Shown here: in pieces, positions 9,739 to 19,100 of the stretch
Numbering within the stretch: position 1 is the first letter of the stretch
How the letters are laid out: every line of letters begins with the position of its first letter
Source of the DNA: Craspedostauros australis
Lineage: Eukaryota
DNA length: 20,000 nt
Direction: 5' to 3'
Assembly: GCA_030167865.1 (NCBI GenBank)
Contig: JALAGF010000383.1
Location: forward strand, 110,480 to 130,479
Notes under the pieces: generated by a model
Seen by the model: only the letters and a program-made list of their open reading frames with translations
What the model was told of the DNA's origin: nothing
Databases searched by the model: none
Made by a program: the position numbers and the translations under genes

Positions 9739-9973
9739 GCGCCGCGACCGGAGTGTTGAAAGATGGCGGGCAGACAGAAGGTGGTAGCCACTCGGCGCTT
9801 GCAGCGCTGCCAATACTCGCGCGGGTAGTATGGTATTAAGTTGACTTTGCGTCCCAACTGTTCACGCTCTTCTACTCGTACATACTGTGGAACTCCCCGC
9901 TGACCAGCCTCTAATCGATGATGGCATTCTCTATCTCCTTCGGGCATCACCGCCGTGAAGTTCAATAGTACTG

Positions 9974-11083
9974 TCAAGTTTGTTCTCGATGGTAAATCCA
10001 GACGGGCGCCCCCCTCCAGGCATTCTTTGTCCACGACATTTCCACATGCTCCATCTCCGGTTTTTGGAATCCCATCCGGTTCTCTGTGTTACGCATACGA
10101 GTCTCCAAAGGTCCATTCCGATACTGGTGGGCTGAATTTTCTGCGCATGGAATATTCTCAGCGTCACCAGCAAATTCACCACCGGGGTTGGGCACGCCTC
10201 GGAGCTGATTTGGGAATGGCCGAAGTGATGCGATGCACTTGAGGTTTGGACAATCACGCCAACCGTCCTCGCACAGTTTTTCCTCCAGCTGACGCAGAAC
10301 GTCAGACGGGAAGCACAGCGACGAAACGAAGAGATGTGTGGTTTGCGATAAATCTGCATCGACCAAATCGCCCTCCACAAATCCGATCGTCCTGTGCTTT
10401 GCATATTGGTGGCCTTCCAGGTTCGCGATGATGCTGTGAAATGAACGCAACTCCTCGCTGCGCCTCAGTCGACCCCATGCCTGCACCGCCTGCGCATGCC
10501 GGCTGGCAACGAGCTCGATACCTCGGCTATCCCTCAAATGCGGTATCTCCAAGTACGCCTGGACCACCAGCTTTCCAACGCCAGATCCCATGTCCATAAA
10601 GTTGACTTCGTCAGATGCCGACTGCGCATGAGATGAATAGAGTCCCATATGATGAAATAGCTGCCTGGCGCCGGTGGTCGTCACTTCACCGTACGTGAAT
10701 CTAGTTTGGTGATCTCGGAACGGATCGGAAAAAACTGATTCTGCAGAATAGGAAGACTCGTATTGGTCAGAGCGCGTTGCCAATCTGCTGTCGCATCCAG
10801 CGCCTGTGCCGCTCGCAGTGCCAGTACTACTTGCAGTTGTAGTGACAACGCCAGGAGCAGGGCCATCGATCCCATCGCCATACCCGGCATCGTCCACCCA
10901 GAATGGTTCGGCTCCATTTCCACGTTGCGGTTGGAAGATGAGATCGATGCAACGTCGGGAGCGGTACACGTCCCAGCTCGATGGGATCGGTTCCGCGCAG
11001 GGTAGATGGGAATCAATCACGTCGGGCGGCAGAAGGATGATCGATCCCACAACCTGCGACAACCAACCGGAGAAGCATAGCAT
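9974..11083 (-). CDS. DOT1-like class I SAM-dependent methyltransferase (H3K79 methyltransferase family)
   Basis: 369-aa ORF with TYGEV, motif I FMDMGSGVGKLVVQA, GIELVASRH, FVEGDL and THLFVSSLCF. These follow the DOT1 catalytic-domain order YGE / DLGSG.G / GIE / GDF / F.N..F. Confidence 0.75.
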   Translation of the reverse strand: MLCFSGWLSQVVGSIILLPPDVIDSHLPCAEPIPSSWDVYRSRRCIDLIFQPQRGNGAEPFWVDDAGYGDGIDGPAPGVVTTTASSTGTASGTGAGCDSRLATRSDQYESSYSAESVFSDPFRDHQTRFTYGEVTTTGARQLFHHMGLYSSHAQSASDEVNFMDMGSGVGKLVVQAYLEIPHLRDSRGIELVASRHAQAVQAWGRLRRSEELRSFHSIIANLEGHQYAKHRTIGFVEGDLVDADLSQTTHLFVSSLCFPSDVLRQLEEKLCEDGWRDCPNLKCIASLRPFPNQLRGVPNPGGEFAGDAENIPCAENSAHQYRNGPLETRMRNTENRMGFQKPEMEHVEMSWTKNAWRGAPVWIYHREQT

Positions 11084-11875
11084 GGGATTGTATCACCGTT
11101 GCTCTTCAGCTCTTCTGTTGCTCTGCTTTTCTCTCCTCTGCGAGTACTAGTGTGGACACTGTCTCTTCGTTCTTGCGTCGTTCTGCGTCACGTTGTGGGA
11201 TGGCCTCCTTAGTATGTGACATCTATGTATCCGATGTAAAGTATGGTATGATGCCATGGAAGTATAATAATATAGCACGACCTGGAGAGAAGGAAAGCTC
11301 GAACGATGCGGGCTCATCGGCAGAGCATGGTGTCATCATCGTATCTTCTGTGTGGGTGTCGGCACCAGATTGTCCAGCACCGAATGTGTCATCGTCGATG
11401 GTTTGATCGGACGAGTCATCCGCAACCCGAATATGCATCCGACAGACAGACTTCGCGCCAAAACGCCTCCGCGAACGTGTTGGGACTTCGCTGGCTCGAA
11501 TTCTGGCGATTGTCTCGCGAACCAAAACAGAAGCGTTTCACACAAAAACGCTGCGCCCACAAAACCACGCTCTTCCGAGAAAGCTTGTTGTCAAAGTTCA
11601 TGACAAAGCATCGCCAACGAGATGACAACCAACCAGATACGCAAACCACATCAAATCACATTTCTCCATTCTACTCTCCTGCACTCTCCAAAGTGGAGCC
11701 AACTGAACTCCATTCATCTCAATTCCACTCCGCAAAGACAATACCGAATACAACAACATCCCCAAGAGGCAACTTCCTGATCCAAATCACCGCCGTTCAG
11801 AGGATCACCCATACAGTTACCTGAGCGTACTATACACCCTGCTGCTGAATTCCAATTGAAATCGAGTCTGGGACA

Positions 11876-14800
11876 ATGAAGTTCTGCTACTGTGTGGTGC
11901 ACGGGAGAGAACTGGGGATCTTCTTCTCATGGGATGAGACCAAGAAGCATGTGATTGGCTTCTCGAACGCCTCGTACCAAGGATGCGAGACGCTCTCCGA
12001 AGCCAAGGCGTACATGCGGCTGTGCGGGATGGTCCCACGAAAGGAGGTCAAGGCGGATCAAACGCCTGCCGCGGACGAAGGCTTGTTGTCGTCAAAGGGT
12101 TGGACGACGCGCATCCTTTACGTTGATGCGGCACCCAGAAGCACCACGCGGGGGTCATCGTCGCCTTACTTTCAAGCCAAGCAGGACAACAAGCGAACGC
12201 ATGAAGAAATCATCTCCATTTGTTCCTCCGATAAGGAAGATCAACCCAGCACAACCGCCACCAAAAGTCGTCGAAAGACCAATGGCGTTGCAACACGAGT
12301 GCAACCTCGCCGCGGTGCCAAGGCAACGCCGTGCGATGAGTCAAGCCATCCCAAGAATGAAGGTTGCGGTGCCACTGGCACAGCCACTGCTCGCATCTCT
12401 GCTAGTAACAGAAAGAGCGAAAGTGATTCTCCAACCATCAACAATCGCAGCAGCAGCAGCAGCAGTCCATGTGGCAAGTCAAAGAACAACAACTTTGCGA
12501 AGAATGAGGCGGATCGCCACCCCAGCAACGAATATGTCGACAACGATCTTTACCTCGACGACTACGACAATGATTATCATCACGAGCACGACCATGAGCA
12601 TGACCATGGGCACCACGATGATCATGACGATGAGGACGAACGACACGATGATCATGAAGACTACTGTGGCTACGAACAGGATGTCTACGAACAGGCTGAA
12701 TACGAACGAGACTGCGACGAACGACATGCTGAGGAGCAGCATGCGCAAGAACAGTATGACTACGAACAGGATGCCTACGAACATGAGGAGTACGAACGAG
12801 AATGCGATGAACGACGTGCCGAAGAGCAGGATGCCTACGAACAGGATGATTACAGACGACGGCGCGAAGAAGAGTACGCACTCGATCCTGTCCAACAACT
12901 CGCCGTAGACGCCGCCTTGGAGGGCAAGAACATTTTCCTCACTGGCCTTGCCGGCACAGGAAAGTCATTGGTGACGAAAATCATCGTTCAGAATGCACAA
13001 AGCCAGAATCGTCAAGTCGCCGTGGCTGCTCCCACTGGAGTCGCAGCCGTCAACCTCGGCTTGGGTGCGCAGACCCTGCATTCCCTTGCTGGTGTCCGTG
13101 TGCCGCAACGAGCTCGTGATTTCGGTAAGTTGCAGATGATTGTCGTGTTGTGTCATGGTGGGGATGGGATGCTTGGACAAATACATAGGAGGCCATGTTA
13201 GTTTTCTTCTTCACTGTCCCCCCTCCCCTATCGGAGGTGCATGCCATCTCGCTTTTCTTCGGTTCTTCGTCCAACGCATGCATGCATGTATACAAGCGAG
13301 CAGGTCAAGCAGAAGACGATGGAGAAGACAAACGACCGACAGAACGGAACGAGAGACAACAGAGCACCCGTGGATGCGTATCATTTGACCTTCGTTGACG
13401 CAGCTACTGTGTTCTCGAGAAGCACGTTGCCACTCAACTCTATGCTCTCCTCCACACGCTGCCATGCTCTGCTGGCAATAAGATGTGGCTCGCCTCCCCT
13501 CTTGGTTCTCACCTTCCGACTGTCAATTCTCTTCGTTTTCTGCCGTGATTTTCCGTGCTGTTGCTCGCGCTCATGCTTGCTTTGTTACATTTTGATACAC
13601 CGTACCACACCAAACAATGCCATGCCATGCCATATCATACCATGACGCATTCCACTTTCTCACACCGTCTACCAGGCACGATGCATGGCTGGGAGAATTC
13701 AAAGAAATGGAGGCAGATGGAAGTCTTGGTGATCGATGAGATTGGTATGGTGAAGGCCGACTTTCTCGACTTTCTGGATGTGACGGTGCGAAACATTCGT
13801 CACAGACCGCATGCTCCATTTGGTGGCATTCAACTGATCTTCGTCGGTGACTTCGCTCAGCTCGGTCCGGTGCCTGGATCGCTTTCTCTGCGTCGTGATC
13901 ACGCTTACAAACCAGGGGAGGATGGCGCAGATTGCTTCCTTGAAGTGCAGGATTGCACAGCGTACGCATTCCAAAGCGCGTGCTGGCGAGAAGCAAACTT
14001 CCACCACATCCGCCTGAACAAAGTGTTCCGCCAAGCCGACATGGATTTTGTGGCGGCGCTGACTGATTTGCGCGAGTCGAGGTCCGGATCCGATCGCGTC
14101 AGCCGGATGATCAAGGATTGCGCCAAGCCGCTGGCGAGAAGGAAGGACTTGAAAATCCCGGAGGGCATCGAGCCGACCATACTGTACTGCACCAACGCCA
14201 AGGTCGACAGACAGAATTCGGATGCCCTTCGGTCACTGAATACCGAGAGACAAGTGTACAAGGCGGTGGATACCACCAGCGTGGACGACGAAGTCCGCCC
14301 AGGCTACGCGGATTCCATGAAGCGGACGCTCACGAAAGACAAGTTCTTCGAGCAGTGTCAGGCCTCCAAGCACTTGGAATTGAAGCTCGGTGCCCAGGTG
14401 ATGCTGCTGCAGAACTTCAGCCAACTGGGTCTCGTCAATGGCAGCCGTGGCGTCGTCGAATCCTTCGAGCCTTGTCCCGTGGCGGTGGATGTGAGTGGAG
14501 AAGAGAATTTGATCCGCCCCGACGATCACGAGAAGTTCGAAGGACGCATGTTCGAGAAGATCAAGATCGGGATGCAGCTCCGCTTCGATGACAAGGTGTG
14601 GACGGTGAAACGATTCAAGAAGTTCCCCCTCGTCAAATTTCTGAATGGACAGCAGCAGATCATGGTCCCTAGCAACTTCGAGCGGACCATGTACAGGAAG
14701 GGCGTGTGCCGCAGGACACAGATTCCGTTGCGGCTGGCGTGGGCGTTGACGGTTCACAAGTCGCAGGGTTCGACATTGGATTTGGTCGTGGCGGATCTAA

Positions 14801-15939
14801 AGGGCTGCTTCTCTCCTGGTCAAGCGTACGTGGCGCTGAGCCGTGCCAAGTCGAAAGAAGGACTGCAGATCCGCAACTTCAGCAAGACCACGGTCCTGAC
14901 AGACCGGCTGGTGGAAGGGTTCTATCAGGCCGTGGATGATGGCGGTATGGCGAAATTCCTCAAAGAACAAGCTGGCATCTGGTGGTTCCCTGTCCTGAAG
15001 CACGCGGACTGGCTCACCATGTTCCAACGTGCATCGAGCGCCGAAGGCAAGGCGAGCGCGAAACAGTTTTGCCACTGGCTCTCCAAATACAAGCCGAAGG
15101 CGAGCTACAAAGGTTGGTGTGGGTACAAACGCAGCTTCGTGTCGTATTCAGGCCCCTCCTCCAAGCCTGTCACTCCATCGCCCTTGAGGCAGAAGGCGTC
15201 CACAAGAACCACCCACGCAACGACGACCGCAGGAGATGACAGTGACGGTTCTGATGGCTGGAAGCAGCTGAAGCTGACCTTCGGCGCAGGTGCGGGCAGT
15301 GCGTGCAAGTATGGAGGCAGCGGTGGCTTCGTCAAGGCTTCGACGCTGTTGCAGCGCAACGCCACTCACGCCAGCGGTTCAAAGAAGGCGACGAAGTCTG
15401 TAAGCGGCCAATCCTTGAAGAGCAAGACAGTCGACACGCAGAAAAAGAGGACGTTGCCGTCGTACGCTGACATCATGAGCATCCCCGACGACCTCAGCAG
15501 TCTCGATGGGTGTGGTGATGGCTTCGGCAACGACAGCAGCAATCCGGCTCCCAAGCCAATCAAGGCACCAAGGCCAAGCAAGAAGGTGATGGAAAGCGTC
15601 AACGTGCTCACTCCGGACACAACCAATGCCAATGCCAGCGACCAGAGCGGGGAGGACGAAGCCGAGGATGAGTGCGACAATTCAGAATTGATTGGAGTCT
15701 TTGATGAGCTTGGCGAGCTCTATCGGTTGCAAGGCAATGCGCACGCCGCCAACACGTATCGGAAGGTGTGCTCAGCTCTCGAGACGCTCGATTACACCAT
15801 CACCTTGAAGAACGCGAAGGCGCTCGGAGGCAAGAGCAAGGTGCCAGGCATTGGCAAGACGACGGTGCAGAAGATCGTCGAGTTCCTTCGAACAGGCACG
15901 ATGGCGAAGCTCGCAGAGAAACGAGCGCTGGACTTGTAG
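11876..15939 (+). CDS. PIF1: PIF1-family 5'-3' DNA helicase with N-terminal RNase H1-type hybrid-binding domain and C-terminal Pol X 8-kDa HhH domain; exons 11876-13124 and 13676-15939, 1170 aa
   Basis: Exon 1 has Walker A NIFLTGLAGTGKS, APTGVAAVN and GAQTLHS. Exon 2 has LVIDEIGMV, PFGGIQLIFVGDFAQLGPV, LNKVFRQAD, LKLGAQVMLLQN...GLVNGSRGVV, RTQIPLRLAWALTVHKSQGSTLD and GQAYVALSRA. The splice RDFG|TMHGW joins the two ORFs in frame. Confidence 0.95.
12671..12853 (+). repeat. Coding tandem duplication (90-bp period) in the acidic/His-rich linker of PIF1
   Basis: TACGAACAGGATG at 12671 and 12761. It encodes YEQDVYEQAEYERDCDERHAEEQ / YEQDAYEHEEYERECDERRAEEQ / DAYEQDDY. Confidence 0.85.
13125..13675 (+). 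other. Spliceosomal intron of PIF1 (551 bp, phase 1)
   Basis: Donor G|GTAAGT and acceptor ACCAG|GC. It separates the helicase motif Ia/Ib region from Walker B, and removal restores the frame. Confidence 0.92.
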
Positions 15940-16391
15940 CGTCCAAAAGAAAAGGGAGGTGGCAGTGAACAACCATGGCAGAACGCTGGGAGTGTAGCAG
16001 AGTTGATGTCGACGACACAACATGGATCGTATCGTATTGTACGAATGTACGAAGAAGTATTATATAATATAATATATCAATAGTGTGGAATGTGGAGTAT
16101 TGTAATGCAGAATACAAAGTCAAAGTCTTGTAACAACATATTGCAAAATGCCACGTTGGTACAGTGTTAAGCCGAGCAGCCAACTAGGTTCCTCGTTGTA
16201 GCTCGTGCTTGTGTTTGGTTTGTGTGGGTTCGCATTCCAGTCTCATCGAGTTCTCTTCGAAAGGGGCTGCGTGGAAATCCATATTACTTTGATTGAACTT
16301 GTGAAAAATAGCCTAACTTCGAAGCAGTACTGTGTTGTTCGAATCAACTGACCCACCGACTTTTCCGATTCGATCGAATAAATCTTCGATT

Positions 16392-16471
16392 TTTCGTACA
16401 AGATCGATGCCGTTCTTTGTGGAGACACAGAAAATGGAGATCCGTGTTGCCTTTGGCGGCCGCGGAAATCT
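16392..16471 (+). promoter_or_regulatory. Candidate cis-regulatory module upstream of PSMB2, shared with RPN3
   Basis: TTTCGTACAAGATCGA (16392-16407), GAAAATGGA (16430-16438) and CCGCGGAAATCT (16460-16471), matching the motifs at 7313-7398. Confidence 0.45.
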
Positions 16472-16616
16472 CCGCAACGACACCTCCAACCACAACAAGA
16501 GCAACAACAAGAGCAACCACGGGAGTAGCAACAAGGGCGACGCAAACCGCTTCGAGAGACGAAAGACCACAACTGATCACAGAAAGGTGTTTTGAAGAAA
16601 GAGAGACAAGTGAAAG

Positions 16617-17563
16617 ATGGATACTGTTCTCGGAATCGTATACGATGGTGGCGGTGAGTGTTTGGGCATGCCCGAGTGTGTGCAGGTTGCGACGGATGTC
16701 CTTGATGCTGCTGCTTCTCTTGCCTGGGTACGACCTCTCTGTGCGTCTTGTCGGAAGGAGCAAGATACGAAATTTTGTGTTGGTGGGGATGGAAGTGGGC
16801 ACGATGGCGAATGGCACGCCAAGGGGTGGTGCGTTGGGGCAGCAACCACGCAGCCACCTTCTTGATGATGGCGCTCCAGACTGATGCAACAAACTGGTAC
16901 AGCATCAAAGTAACTCATCCGAATTGCCTGAACATATTTGCACCCTCTTTTGTTTGCGTGACGGCATCCGCGATTTCGTGCTGGCGACGAGCAGTCATTA
17001 TCGCCGCCGACCAATCCAATGGCAGATCCATTCTGACCTACCAGACGAACCTCGACAAGATCAAGCCGTTGACATCGCATTCCATGATGGGGGTATCGGG
17101 ACCGAACTGTGATTTGGTCAACTTCACTGAATACGTCGCAAAGAACATCAGCCTGTACGAGCTGTCGAATGATGGCACGAAGCTTTCGACCCACGCGCAG
17201 GCGAACTTTTGCCGGCTGGAGCTGGCGACCGCGCTCCGCAAGGGTCCGTACCAGGTGAACATCCTGCTTGCCGGGTACGACGAGAAAACCAAGTCCAGCA
17301 GCCTCTACTACCTGGACTACATGGGGACGTTGCACAAGGTTCCGCACGGATCCCAAGGCTATGCCACATACTTTTGCAGTTCGATTTTCGACAAGGAGTA
17401 CAGAGAGGGCATGACCGAGGAGGAGGCGGTGAAGGCGATCGGATACTGCATCCAGGAAATACAAACTCGCTTCATGATCTCGCAGCCAAATTTCATCATC
17501 AAGAAGGTTGACAAAGACGGTGTATCAGTCCTGTCCTTTGGGTCAGATCCAGCAGACTCGTAA
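16617..17563 (+). CDS. PSMB2: 20S proteasome subunit beta type-2 (beta4; PSMB2/PRE1); exons 16617-16653 and 16995-17563, 201 aa
   Basis: The spliced product is MDTVLGIVYDGG-V-IIAADQSNGRSILTYQTNLDKI...DLVNFTEYVAKNISLYEL...ANFCRLELATALRKGPYQVNILLAGYD...LYYLDYMGTLHKVPHGSQGY...CIQEIQTRF...KKVDKDG. This is typical of the non-catalytic beta4 subunit, with no propeptide or Thr1. Confidence 0.95.
16654..16994 (+). other. Spliceosomal intron of PSMB2 (341 bp, phase 1)
   Basis: Donor G|GTGAGT and acceptor AGCAG|TC. Removal yields the conserved N-terminus. Confidence 0.92.
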
Positions 17564-18941
17564 ACACCTGCCATCGTATTTATTACTCCATGATGATTAT
17601 GCGAACCCGCCCACCAACGCATCAGTTGTCAACCCGATTCTGCCATACTCTAATGCAATTCCAAGTGAAACTAAAAACGTCTACTCTGCTCTCTTTCCCC
17701 AACGTGTACTTATGGTACGGCGTCGTTGAGCTCATGCCATGATAGAGTGCATGGCAGTTGGATGCTACGATACCATGCATTCAAGCATCCGCCGCTAACT
17801 GATAGACCTCTTTGACTCATCGCATGGCTGGCCTGAATATGTTTACCAGTGTTTGTCGTACTGCGCGTTATGCTGGGAGCATGGGGAGGGGGTCTCCTGG
17901 CTGCTTTGTGCGTTTACTCGTGCGAGCGCAAGTGTCCGTGCTGGTGCTCATGGGTCGTTGTCCGCCGTAGTCTTCAGTGGTCGTACTTTTCTCCTCGTGT
18001 GTTGCTCTAGAACAACTCTACAAGTGCAGCTATACCCTTGCGCCAAACACGCGGAGATGACAATCACAGAGTACGAGTGCCTTGGTCCAGAAGGATGCAA
18101 CAGACGATGGCGACACTCCCGTTCAGCCGTGACGCGAGAAGCCAGTCATTCCCCCAGGATTCCAGGCAGGTCTGCTCCCTGAGAGACCAACCGTCACGAA
18201 CGGGCTACCGCTCTCGAGTGGAGATGCACCATGTCGTCTTCAGCCAACCACTTTGGAGAGTACGTGTATGAGCGGAAGAATCATGTACATATTCACGCGC
18301 AACAGAGCATGGATTGATGAAAGCTTCTGCCGCATCCTTGCCGAGAGGTACAACGGAGCGACAAGCTAACGACGACGGTTTCGCGAACTGCCATCACAGC
18401 ATTGCCACACACAAATGCGTGAGTGGTTGCATATGCGTAGGCATGGTACGAGTATGTAACCAGCGTGGCTTTTATGGTCTTACTCGTATGCACCAATATA
18501 GTGCCGTGCCTCACCATGGTCTCTCTCTTCTCTCTCTGGAGAGTCTGGATGGGTCCTCATGCCGGTACGGTCTCGTTTGCTGGGATTTTCTTGCTGATCT
18601 GTGGCTCCCCAAGAATACTGTGTATAAAAGATATCACAGAGAAATAGAATAGAATAGTATGTATCAAAATAGCTTTCAATCATCTGCTTTGACACTGCAT
18701 CCCCAGTGACATATGTACATGTACATGCACACTGCATGATGCGATTGTTGCGGGAAGAGTCGGGTGTCGCGCCTGCGCGTCCTGACCTCTGTGCGCTGAT
18801 ATGCATGCACATGGTTGCGCCTTGTTTCTGTACGACGACTGCGGTTGTCGCATTGGGTCTGCAACGACTCATCAACCAATGTCGGAGCCCCCTCCCTAGA
18901 AGACTGGCTTGGTAGGTCTTGTCTCTCGCAGTTCGTGATGA

Positions 18942-18962
18942 CAGCAGCAGCAGCAGCAGCAG
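18942..18962. repeat. (CAG)7 microsatellite
   Basis: Read directly from the sequence. Confidence 0.9.
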
Positions 18963-19100
18963 CGAGAGCATGGTACTCGTATGAGCAGTGGAGTGTATGA
19001 GCTATGCACCGCATCATATGATATCACACTCGCACTTCGTTGCAGTTTTCCCGATTGCATGCGGTGGACTCTGCTGTGCTGATACTCGTACGGCGGACCG

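Noticed and set aside
12671-12853. CRISPR-like spaced repeats
   Set aside because: The repeats are in-frame coding duplications in a eukaryotic gene, with only 2-3 degenerate copies and no cas genes.
12479-12898. Very hydrophobic 139-aa minus-strand ORF resembling a membrane protein
   Set aside because: It is the antisense translation of the Asp/Glu/His-rich PIF1 linker.
13555-13675. Signal peptide MLLLALMLALLHF at the start of the 794-aa ORF
   Set aside because: It lies inside the PIF1 intron and does not begin at an ATG. The real N-terminus is exon 1.
11876-15939. Helitron (RepHel) or other transposon-borne PIF1
   Set aside because: No HUH Rep motifs or transposase were seen, nor a recognisable Helitron 3' hairpin/CTRR end. 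The gene sits among housekeeping genes.
15679-15939. A DNA polymerase X gene
   Set aside because: Only the 8-kDa domain is present. The stop codon follows at once and no nucleotidyltransferase motifs appear downstream.
16748-16994. Long N-terminal extension of the proteasome beta subunit (271-aa ORF)
   Set aside because: It is intronic. The 37-nt exon at 16617 supplies the conserved MDTVLGI start.
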